From the human T2T-CHM13v2.0 reference genome, Homo sapiens, in NCBI RefSeq assembly GCF_009914755.1, contig NC_060929.1: a stretch of 64,000 nucleotides of DNA. One strand, 5' to 3'. Below, piece by piece: positions 46,853 to 64,000 of this stretch. Within the stretch, counting starts at the first letter, position 1; every line of letters starts with the position of its first letter. A model generated the notes under the pieces. That model saw only the letters and a list, made by a program, of their open reading frames with translations. It was not told where the DNA came from and did not search any database. The position numbers and the translations under genes are program-made.

Positions 46853-47487
46853 GGTTTTGGTTTCCTACGTACTTGTCTGATTTCTGTTATCAAATTATCA
46901 AGGCGAGAGCCCAATCTTTCCTACTAAGAAAGGAATTGTTTCTTATTAATTATGTTAATACTGAATGTCCCAACACCGGGCTAGGTTCTCATGGAGAGCC
47001 TCTGCTAGGGCAGTGCAGAAGGGAAATGTAGGGCTGGGACCCCCTCATAGAGTCCCTACTGGGGCACCACCTAATGGAGCTGTGAGAAGAGGGCCACCAT
47101 CCTCCAGACCCCAGAATGGTAGATTCACCGACAGTTTGCACCGTTCACCTGGAAAAGCTGTAGACACTCAACACTAGCCCGTGAGAGCAGCTGGGTGGGA
47201 GGCTGTACACTGCAAAGCCACAGGGGCGGAGCTGCACAAGACCATGGGAGCCTACCTCTTGCATCAGTGTGACTTGGATGTGAGGGACTCTGTGAGGGGG
47301 TCCCAACCCTACATTTCCCTTCTGCACTGCCCTAGCAGAGGTTCTCCATGAGCACCTAGCCCAGTGTTGGGGCATTCAGTATTAACATAATTAATAAGAA
47401 ACAATTCCTTTCTTATTAGGAAAGATTGGGCTCTCGCCCTGATAATTCGATAACAGAAATCAGATAAATACCTAGGTAACAAAAACC
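46853..47487. repeat. Long inverted repeat: arms 46853-47057 and 47283-47487, 225-bp spacer
   Basis: Manual ungapped alignment, 14 mismatches in 205 bp. Confidence 0.95.
46984..47284 (+). mobile_element. Isolated THE1-internal fragment, copy of ~45224-45523
   Basis: Colinear with the upstream THE1-int; no LTR, TSD or poly-A. Confidence 0.9.
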
Positions 47488-47749
47488 GTGTCATTCATTC
47501 AGCCAACAGTTTATTCATTCAACTTAGAGATCTCGTCAATTTCCATCAGGTGTTTCCCATCTGATGCTCTCAATCACCCTGAAGTAAATTTACGAAGAGG
47601 GAAGTGGGGATCAGAGAAGTTCTGAAATTAGTACAAATCGCCTGTTCTACATACTGGAGTCTGGGGGTGTGTCAGTGAATACAACATAGAAATCATTTGC
47701 CCTAATGGAGATTTCATAATGCCCAAGTACCATTTCCAGACTATCCTTA

Positions 47750-48196
<447 letters not shown>

Positions 48197-48837
48197 TTAG
48201 CACATCACAGGCACTTAAAGGATAGTAATCCTGTTTTTTTTTATAGCATTCATTTTTTACATGCCAGTCATTTATTATACCTTTTGAGCAGGGAAAGGCA
48301 ACAAATGTTTCCATCTCAAACTTTCTGCTACATCAGTTCCTAATAGAAGCAGTGATCAGCTATTGCAGCTGCTTTTGAAATCACTGAAAGCCGGGCAGCC
48401 CATCACTTTTCTGCTGAAAAGATTTGTCTCTGGGCCAATAGAGTTAATTCTACAGAGTAGAATTTAGTTTTTCAAGGCTTTTATAACTAAAGTTATAAGA
48501 TAGTGCTGCCTTCCTTACCCTCAGTATAATCTGAAATGGGAATCCAGACCTTTTAATCCTATTGTTAGGATTGGCCTGCTGAAATATTCTGTGTGCGCTA
48601 AGCCTCATTTGAACTCAGTGACCTAGAATTTAGATATTGCAGCAAATGAGTGCCATAGAACACTTGGTAGGCTGGAATGGAATCCTAGACTTTTAGAGGA
48701 GAAAAGGCTTAGTAATTCTGTAGATCAGATGAGTACACTGAAGTAAGTGAATTTGAGTGGCTTTAAATTGTCCCATAGCTTGGGGTTGGCAGAGTTGAGA
48801 CCAAAATCAAGGACTAATGACTTTTAGTTTGTATATA

Positions 48838-49126
48838 TTTTTTAAGACAGACTCACTCGGTAGCCCAGGCTGGAGTGCAGTGGTGTGATCTCAGCCTCAC
48901 TGTAACCTCTGCCTCCTGGATTCAAGCAATTCTCATGCCTCAGCCTCACGAGTAGCTGGGATTTCAGGCATGTGCCACAATACTTAGCTAATTTTTGTAT
49001 TTTTTAGTAGAGATGTGGGTTTCACCATGTTGGCCAGGCTGGTCTTAAACTCCTCACCTCAAGTGATCCACCTGCCTTGGCCTCCCCAAGTGCTAGGATT
49101 ACAGGGATGAGCCACTGCGCTCAGCT
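48838..49126 (-). mobile_element. AluS
   Basis: Reverse-complement Alu. Confidence 0.93.
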
Positions 49127-49152
49127 CCAGTTTATACTTCTTTCTACTGTGC

Positions 49153-49318
49153 CAGTGGTCCTAAAAATCGAATGTGTATAAGAGTCATCTCCCGGGTAGG
49201 GGAGCTTGCAGGGCTTCTCCCCTGGCGTCAGGACAGGATCCCGACATTGCGCATGTCCAGCCCATTCCCCGGTGATGCGGATGCTGCTGGCCCGGAAACC
49301 ATACTTTGAGAACCACTG
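49153..49318. mobile_element. MER5A-like hAT MITE
   Basis: TIRs cagtggtcctaaaa / tttgagaaccactg; ggtgatgc.gatgctgctgg motif. Confidence 0.7.
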
Positions 49319-49499
49319 CACGACACTGTTGGGAAGCAAAATCGAGCTCATGTCATAAAGGACACAGCTTTCTCTCCTAAGAATGTAAATTACAACCTGA
49401 GAAAAATATCTGTTTATGCCAGTATATAGGTGTGCCTTGACGTGAGAAAACTCAAAAAGTTCAGGCTAAAAAAGCAAATTCAAAACTAAAGATTTACAT

Positions 49500-49915
49500 G
49501 ACCTAAAAATTAATTCTGTGTGCTAGGAAAATAAAGTCTCTGCCTTCATGGTACACACAGTCTAATAGGGCAGACAGACAATAAACAGATACCTCTTTAC
49601 TATAATGTCAAATACATTCAAGAAAATAAAGAAGACATTGGACTGTGCGAATAAACCTGGAGAAGGAAGCCCTCTCAGCAGATTCCTGAATGGAGTGAGG
49701 GATTCAGCTGCGTACTTTTCTGCAGGAATGGCTCTCCTGGTGGAAGGAACTGCAAGGCAAAGGCCCTGAGGTGGAAGGACGCTTGATGTGCTCAGGAAAC
49801 AGCAGAGAGCCCAGTGAATAGGGAGAGTCCTAGAAGGTAGGTCAAAAGGGAGCCAGGACACTGCGTGTAGAGCCTTGTATGCTACAGGAAGGAATTTACC
49901 TAATTTTAAAAATAT
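49500..49915. mobile_element. L2 fragment
   Basis: tgcaaggcaaaggccctgaggtgg, gtgctcaggaaacagc, gtagagccttgt motifs. Confidence 0.65.
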
Positions 49916-50994
49916 GATCTAATATTAAAAATATTTTAATCCTGTTTTTTAAAATATTATTTAATATCATTAGTTTTTTTCTCTCCAGAAAGACATCATA
50001 TAAAAAGAGTACAATAAAAATATAAGCAGTTTGAGGTGGTCAGGATACAAGGCTCCTGTTGCAGAACTGAGATGCTGAGGCTCTCAAGGGATTGTGGGAA
50101 AGTTGTTATGTACCATGAAGTATTTGAGTCTCTTCCTGATCACAGTCACTCCTTTCTTGGAAATGAAGATTTTTTAAAAGGAAAGAAGGGAGTCGTGGGT
50201 GTATTAGGGAGAAAATACCCTTGGGGCAGGGCAGTGATCTTTGACACATTTCCTAACCTCTCTGAGCATCAGTGCTTCCATCTGTGAAATGAAGATGTTG
50301 GACCAGTTATTCTTCTGCAACGTCCTAACACTCTGGTATTCTGGGGTGTGGCTAATGCTGGTAGGGTCGTGTATGGTCATTTCTTTGTGTGAGCGTTGGT
50401 GGCTTGCTTCATTTGGGGAAGTGAATATTGGTTGCAGAGGCAATGGAAGGAACTGATCATGGTAACAGACGCCCTGGTGGTGAAGAAGGCAAGAAAGACT
50501 GGTTTGAGAGAAATTTTCAGTGAATGAATATGCCTGAGAAATTGAAGTCTTGTAAAAGTAGCCAGTGAGTTTGTATTTCCTCCCAATATCTATTTCAGCC
50601 GGTAATCAGAAACCAGAATAATTGTGTTTGTTATTATTCTGAAAGATAGAAGGAGCTTTCTGGGTTATAACTTAAGAGTTTTTGAATAGCAACAGTTCAA
50701 GCCTCCTTTGGCTTAAGAGCCTTGAGAATTATCCCAGCCTTGTCCCATGGTATTTATTTTGGGAAGGTTTGCACAACTTGTTGAGTGGTTTGGTAGGAAA
50801 TGAAACCTCTCTTGCAGGCTCTGTTTGCTTCTGTGCTTGGGTTATATCCCCATCTATTTGAGAGCCCTGGCAACCCTAATCTGTCCCACTGAGAACACTG
50901 TTTGCTTTTTTGCCAAATACTTCCAGATTTTAGTTTAAACTTTGATTTTTAAAGACTAGCACAACCAGTAGGTTATATTACATAGGGTGTCACT

Positions 50995-51308
50995 GTTTTT
51001 TGTTTTTTGTTTTTTTGGGACAGGGTCTTGCTCTGTTGCCCACGTTGGAGTGCAGTGGCACGATCATAGCTCACTGCAGCCTCAACCTCTCAACCTCCTA
51101 GGCTTAAGTGATCCTCCCTCCTCACCCTCTCAAGTAGGTGGGACTATAGGTACGTGGCACCTCACCTGGCTAATTTATTTTTGTACTTTTTGTAGAGATG
51201 GGGTTTCACCATGTTGCCCAGGCTTGTCTTGAACTCCTGAGCTCAGGTGATCCACTTGCCTCAGCCTCCCAAAGTGCTGGGATTACAGGCATGAGCCACT
51301 GCCCCCAG
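50995..51308 (-). mobile_element. AluJ
   Basis: Reverse-complement Alu with gatcatagctcactgcagcctc. Confidence 0.92.
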
Positions 51309-51436
51309 TTGTGTGCATAGTGATTTAACAAATGGTGCCGTTTCTCAGTAAAATGATAAAGAACCAGCTCTAGTTGCAGAATGCCTGGGTTAGAATCCAG
51401 AAATTACTTGTAATTTCTGGGACTTTGGGCAAGTTA

Positions 51437-51515
51437 TTAAGTTAGTGCAAAAGTGATTGTGGTTTTTGCCATACTTTTAATGGCAGAAACCACAGTTACC
51501 TTTGCACTAACCTAA
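51437..51515. mobile_element. MADE1 (Hsmar1-derived MITE) inserted in a MIR (~51360-51670)
   Basis: 79-bp near-palindrome ttaagttagtgcaaaagtgattgtggtttttgcca...tggcagaaaccacagttacctttgcactaacctaa, TA on left; MIR core gactttgggcaagtta / cttctctgcctcagtttt on either side. Confidence 0.92.
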
Positions 51516-53016
51516 CAGCAAACTTCTCTGCCTCAGTTTTCCTCGTCTGTTAAATGGGAGTAATAAAGTTTACTCCAACCCCTCACAGGCTTGTTGTGAG
51601 GATGAAATGAGTTAAAACTTAAGATGTTCCTAGAGTGTAATGTTTCCATAGAGTACCTGCTATTATTATTGATGTTGTTGTTATTCAACTGCCTCAGATT
51701 GGTTTAGAAATGAGGGAACTGAAGTTAAGCACTGTAGCAACAAGGCAGCTGACCAGCCTTGTCACCTGGGCCTCCTGAATCACCCTCCAGCCTCCTGGCA
51801 TGCTCCCTATTGTGCCTCCGTTGGTCCCTCCATCATTCATTCAGGCTGCCACCCGGCTGCTATTTGAGGCTGCTAGGGACATCAGTGAGTTGACTTTCTC
51901 TTCAGGAAAAAGAAAATGAGAGCGAGAGAAAGAGAGTGCACTACAAAACTCTTATTAGCACTGAAACCTTGGAATCTTTCCAAGTGACAAGAGTAGGGAC
52001 ATTCCAAATATCAATAAGCAGCAAAGGGATCAAAGTCATTTTGTGTAAATCTTCAGGCTGCTTATTTGTGCCATTTTGCTACATTGCTGCTGAAGGGCCC
52101 CAGCTGAGTTTTATAAGCAAATCTAAACATTTCCTATTGTAATGAAATGTAAAACAGCAGATTCCTTTATTTGTGGAACATATCCATAAAATTGTTTTTA
52201 TGGCTAAGTTTGTTTTCAAACAAACTTTGAAACAATGGGTGCCTTGGCAAAAAACGATGGTGTGACCCTCTTCAATAAATAGTGTGGGAAAATTGGATAT
52301 CCATATGTAGAAGAATGAAATTGGACCCTCCTCTCTCCCTATATACAAATATCAACTCACAATGGATTCAAGACTTAAATGTAAGACCTGAAACTGTAAA
52401 ACTACCAGAATAAAACATAGGGGAAACACTTCAAAACATTGGTCTAGGCAAAGATTTCATTGCTAAGACCTCAAAAGCGTAGACAGCTATAACAAAAATA
52501 GACAAATCGGATTATATTAAACTAAAAAGTTTTGGCACAGCAAAGGAAAGAACAAAGTGAAGAGACAACCTGTCGAATGAGAGAAAAATATTTGCAAACT
52601 ATTCATCAAGGAACTAATATCCGGAATACACAAGGAACTCAAATAACTTGACCATCAAAAAATAAATAATCCCATTAAAAAGTGGGCTAAGGACATGAAT
52701 AGATATTTCTCAAAAAAAGACATACAAATGGCCACAGCTATATGAAAAAAAATACTCAACATCACTAAGCATCAGGGAAATGCAAATCAAAACCACAATG
52801 AGATGTTATCCTACCCCAGTTAGAATGACTATTATTACAAAGGAAAAATAACAGATTCTGGAAGGATGCAGAGAAAAGAAAACTCATACACTGTTGGTGG
52901 GAATGTAAATTGGTTAAACTACTGTGAAAAATAAAATGGAGCTTCCTCAAAAAATTAGAACTACTGTACATCCAGCACTTCCACAACTGGGTGTTTATCC
53001 AAAGGAACAGAAATTG

Positions 53017-56283
<3,267 letters not shown>

Positions 56284-56595
56284 AGAAGGAATTCAGTATA
56301 TCAAAAGGATATCTGCACTTGCATTATTTACAATTCACAATAGCAAAGATATGCAGTCAACCCAAGTGTCAATCAATGGACCAATAAATAGATAAAGAAA
56401 ATGTGGTACCATATACACAATGGAATACTATTTGGCCATAAAAAGAATGAAACCCTGTCATTTGCAGCAACATAGATGGAACTGTGGGTTATTATGTTAA
56501 GTGAAATAAGACAGGAACAGAAAGACAGATGCCACATGTTCTCACTAACATGTGGGAACCAAAAAAACAAACAAAAACAACAAAAACCTGATCTC

Positions 56596-56908
<313 letters not shown>

Positions 56909-57510
56909 TCATGAAGACAGAGAATAGAATGATAGATATTAGAGCATGGGACAGGTGTGTGGTGTGTGTGGGGGGGGTGTGGATAAAGAGAGTAGAAACA
57001 TAGTTAGAGCTACAAATGAATAAACCCCACTATTAGATAGACTAGGGTGACTATAGTTAGCAACAATGTCTTGTCTATTGTAAAGTATGTAGAAGAGAGG
57101 ACTTTAAATGTTACCCATACATGGAAATGATAAATATTCAAGGTGATGGATATCCCAAATGCTCTGACCTGAATTATAATCTATGCATGTAACAAATATT
57201 CACATGTACTCCATAATAAGTAAAATATTTTGTGTCCAAAAAAATTTTAAACATATTTTTAAAAGGAAAAAATGACAGTGTGAAGTTTTTAACTTATTCT
57301 ATGTTTAGTGTAGTGCTACTCAAACTTGGATGTGTACATGGAACCAGCTCGGGATCTTGTAAATGCAGCTTTTGATTCAGTAGATTTGGAGTGGTGCCTG
57401 AGAGTCTGCATTTCTAACATGCTCCTGTTCCCCAGGCCACTCTTTAAGTTAGCCAAGACTTAGGCTGTCAAAGTGTTATTTCAGCTACATCAGAATCTGG
57501 ATAGTACCCT

Positions 57511-57594
57511 GGCCGGGCATGGTGGCTCACGCCTGTAATCCCAACACTTTGGGAGGCTGAGATGGGAGGATTGCTAGAGTCCAGGAGTTGGAGA
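57511..57594 (+). mobile_element. 3'-truncated Alu 5' fragment with no A-tail
   Basis: ggccgggc...ccaggagttggaga flanked by agaatctgg(a/t)tagtacc. Confidence 0.85.
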
Positions 57595-57954
57595 ATCTGG
57601 TTAGTACCTGCTATCCCAGGTAGTGACCAGCATCCCTGTCACTGGGCTTGAGTTAGGAAGTAGATAAAATGTTTTTATACTCTTCGCATCTCCACAGCTC
57701 CACTGCATTCTTGACCTATCTAAATGAAGATGTAGGCGGGTTTGGTGGCTCACACCTGTAACCCCAGTTTGGGAGAATCGCTTGAGGCCAGGAATTTGAG
57801 ACCAGGCTGGGCAACACAGTGAGACCCCGTTTCTGTGATTTTTTTTTTTTTAAAGAAAGGAAAAAAAAAAACTATCTTAATGGTATAAATATATTGGCAT
57901 ATAGACTTTTGAATGACATTTCGTGTCTTTGAAAGGAAAGCCCACACTTCTTAA

Positions 57955-60489
<2,535 letters not shown>

Positions 60490-60873
60490 GCTTATGTAGA
60501 GACAAAGCTGAAGGATGTTTCTAATTTGTTTTGCATTCACTCTGTTATATTCCTTTAAGTGCAGATTTCAGCTGATAATTAACCAAAAGAACTACCTCAG
60601 AGGGCTCACTGAGAAAGATCTAAACGTTTTACATCTGGACATTTAGGTTGTAATTCAAATTCTCATCTCTTAAATTTTGCAGAAGATAATAAGGCTTGGC
60701 TAGGATGTGGAGAAATTGGAGCTCTCATGAATTGCTGATAGAGATGTTAAATGGTGCAGCAGCTTTAGAAAACAGGTTAGCAGTTCATCAGAAAGTTCAA
60801 CGTAGTTGCCATATGACTGAGCAATTCCACTCCTCGGTATGTACCCATTAGTACTGAAAAATGTGTCTACACT

Positions 60874-61361
60874 TGCTGAGACCAGCTTGATCATGGAGAC
60901 CCTAACCCAGCAGCACTAGAGGAATTAAAGACACACACACAGAAATACAGAGTGTGGAGTGGGAAATCAGGGGTCTCACAGCCTTCAGAGCTGAGAGCCT
61001 CAAACAGAGATTTACCCACATATTTATTGACAGCAAGCCAGTCATGAGATTTACTAAAAGTATTCCTTATGGGAAATATAGGGATGGGCGGAAATAAAGG
61101 GATGGGTCTGGGTAGTTATGTGCAGCAGGAATATGTCCTTAAGCCACAGATCACTCATGCTATTGTTTGTGGTTCAGGAATGCCTTTAAGCGGTTTTCCA
61201 CCCTGGGTGGGCCAGGTGTTCCTTGCCCTTATTTCGGTAAACCCACAACCTTCAGCGTGGGTGTCATGGCCATCACGAACATGTCACAGTGCTGCAGAGA
61301 TTTTGTTTATGGCTAGTTTTGGGGCCAGTTTATGGCCAGATTTGGGGGCCTGTTCCCAACA
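60874..61361 (-). mobile_element. MER9a LTR = 3' LTR of HERV-K(HML-3)/HERVK9
   Basis: On - strand tgttgggaacaggccccc...ctggtctcagca; AATAAA in LTR; polypurine tract adjacent (61362-61390); interrupts an old L1 fragment (~60700-60873). Confidence 0.9.
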
Positions 61362-61439
61362 TGTCCCCCTTGTCTTTTTTTCTTTTTTTTCAAAGTGATA
61401 AAAGCAAAGGCAGCATTATCACGGTGAGCTACTTCTCCC

Positions 61440-62480
61440 AGGAGTCAGGTTCCGCATCTGCAGACTATACAGAGACAACACAGATTAAAAGCACAGTCAT
61501 CATTGAAATCACAGAGCTTTTAAGTGTTTTTATGCATTTTAATGGGTTACTAGCTCCTAATGTGTCTGCAGCTCCTTCAAGCACTCCAGTTCCTGGCATT
61601 AAGTTCAGGTGTGCCTGGGATGCTTTAAATATTTGTTCTTTTAGTTTTGCAATATCCAAAGACAAATTTGTAGAGTGTCCTTCTAGATGCTTTTTTATTC
61701 TTTCCCAAAATTTGATCTTATTAACAGCTATTAATAGTGTCTACAAATCCTTATGTTTAGCTCCTACAGTGGGCCATATCATTTGAGGTTGAGGTGCCAC
61801 TATACCTCCATGTTTCCAGATAATAGGAACTTTTGCCATATTCCTTATCATTTCTACCATCTGACCATTTTGTTCAGACCAGCTGAACATAGTGTGGCCA
61901 TGACACACAGACTGAGAGGTGCAATTCAAGCTAAACATCTCCATAGGGGAATAATCAATGATGATTCCACAGGAATCGTTGCACAGCATGTCTGCCTGTT
62001 CTGCAATGCAATCTTCCCAAACAGGTACGTTCATTATTTCTGGCCAGGTCCAATTCTGTTTACAAATAGGTTTTTGAGGGTAGTATGCCTCAATTATAGG
62101 AGCAGATTTATAATGGTAAATACTGAGATCAGAAAGCATGTGTAACTGTGTCAGATCGATTATATCCAGGCATTATTGCCAGCCAAGATTGATAAATATG
62201 CCCAATAAGTATAATTGTTCTCTGTGTCAGCCCTTGCTAAAGGAATACTCAAGGCAGTGGTGATCACTGCTATCGCAGCTACCATTAAATTACTCATTGT
62301 GACTGGTTGTCCCGCTTTCCTCTGGTTTTCTTCTGCCATTTGTGACAGCTTCTTGTTCTGTCCTCAAGTAGGTGGCTGTGTTCAATGGGTGTTGCTCATG
62401 ACAGTTGGGGTCCTCCTCAGCGTCAGTCTTGACATGGCTGCAACCGGGGGGTCCTCGGGATCCTCCTGGTATCTCTTCCT
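61440..62480 (-). pseudogene. env: HERV-K(HML-3) env remnant (SU N-terminal part and TM C-terminal part)
   Basis: ORF fragments 61741-62139 and 61465-61665 (SLDIAKLKEQIFKASQAHL...VLLICVV), betaretroviral TM-like; between pol and PPT. Confidence 0.85.
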
Positions 62481-62499
62481 CGGCATCTGGCTCATGATA

Positions 62500-64000
62500 A
62501 GGTTTCAGGTATCTTGATGGTATCCAAATTGGCTGCTGGTTCTGGCCTGGAGAAACACAAGCATAACCTCTACCCCAAGTTATTATTTTACCTATTTCCC
62601 AAGTTTTTGTTATTGGATTTCTCCCACCAAACCAGTTGTTCTGCTTCTGTCTTTGCAGCTGGTTTCTGTAGATGCTGTTCAGCTGCTGACAGCATCTGGC
62701 CTTTAGGCAGGCTCAAAAAATTTTAAGTCAATAATACGAGATTCAATTGCATATGTGGTGTTCTGTACTCCCTGTTTTCCCCCCTTAGCTCTTGCAACTG
62801 CTGTTTCAGGGAGAGATTCATTCTTTCCACTATGGCTTGTCCTTGAGAATTATATGGGATGCCAGTAATGTGTTTAATATTCCATATAGAGAAAAATGTA
62901 GCTAGAGCTTGGCTAGTATAGCCTGGGGCATTATCTGTTTTAATAGAAGCTGGAATGCCCATCACCGCAAAACACTGCAAAAGGTGACGTTTAACACAGG
63001 CAGAAGACTCTCCTGATTGGCATGTAGCCCAGACAAAGTGAGAAAAGGTGTCCACACATACATGTACATAAGCTAGTCTCCCAAATGAGGGAACATGTGT
63101 GACATCCATTTGCCAAAGAGAATTAGGTTCCAATCCTCGAGGATTAACTCCTCCTGGAAAAGATGCGGAATGCACCATTTGGCAAGTTGGGCGTCGCTGG
63201 ATAATAGCTTTAGCTTCTTTCATCATTTTCAATTAATTGTGTGTAATGAACCACATATGAAGAATCAGAAATCACATTAATGGGCATATTAAAAGCAGTC
63301 AATACCTCAATTACAGCTACAAGCTCTGCTTTTTGAGCTGAAGTATAGGGTGTCTGGAAAACTTTATCTTTTGAGCCAGAATAAAAAGCTTTACCATTAC
63401 TAGACCCATCTGTAAAGACATTTTCAGCACCTTCAATTGGTTTAAATTTAGTTATACTAGGGAGGATCCAATTAGTTAATTTCAAAAATTGAAACAATTT
63501 TGTTTAGGAAAATGATTATTGAGAATACCCACAAAGTCAGCTAAATGGGTTTGCTGAGTAAGACTATTTATAAAAGCTTGCTGTATTTGTGCCTTTGTGA
63601 GAGGGACAGTAATTTTTCCAGGATCATATCCATGTAATTTAACAATCTGAGTTCTCCCATTTCCTATCATAGTAGTGATTTGATCCAAATAAGGAGTTAG
63701 AGTCCATGAATTAGTATGTGGAAGAAAAAACCATTCTACTAAGTCCTGCTCATGGACAATAACACCAGTAGGTGAATGCTGAGTTGGAAAAATTAGCAAA
63801 TCTAGAGCCTTCTCTGGATCTATTCTATTTATTTGAGCTTTATAGACTTGCTTTTCGATTAGCTGCAGCTCTGGCTCAGCTTCTTTTATTAATTGCCAAG
63901 GGCTAGTGAGACTAGGATCTCCTCTAAGAATAGAAAATAGATTACTCATGGCATAGGTAGGAATGCTTAGAGCAGGTCGTATCCAATTAATGTCCCCTAG
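62500..64000 (-). pseudogene. pol: HERV-K(HML-3) pol remnant: RT thumb/connection, RNase H, integrase; continues beyond window
   Basis: [26 protein letters not shown] (RNase H); [25 protein letters not shown] (integrase DDE); frameshifts between fragments. Confidence 0.93.

Noticed and set aside
46853-47487. Inverted repeat as a new MITE or DNA transposon
   Set aside because: No TSD at the outer ends, arms include THE1-int continuous with the spacer, and the interior copies neighbouring DNA. Copy number was not checked.

Overview
Primate (almost certainly human) intronic DNA from the RAI14 (ankycorbin/NORPEG) gene, transcribed on the + strand. The only host coding sequence I can support is one 131-nt ankyrin-repeat exon (36566-36696). 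The rest is intron full of transposon relics: about 40 Alu/FLAM copies, two complete THE1 (MaLR) elements, solo THE1A/MSTA/MLT LTRs, hAT and mariner MITEs, an ~8 kb block of sense-oriented L1s, and the 3' part of an antisense HERV-K(HML-3)/MER9 provirus running off the right end. Nearly all ORFs in the supplied track are repeat-derived or spurious. I see no new protein-coding system. The most unusual structure is a 205-bp-arm, ~93% identical inverted repeat at 46853-47487, built from unique DNA plus a locally templated copy of the neighbouring THE1 internal region. Also notable: two different LTR elements inserted head-to-head at the same 5-bp site in one Alu, a micro-inversion in an L1, a tailless Alu with TSDs, and a CpG-retaining ancient MER5 copy. 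Repeat subfamily calls come from recalled consensus sequences, boundaries are approximate unless a TSD is quoted, and all counts were done by hand.
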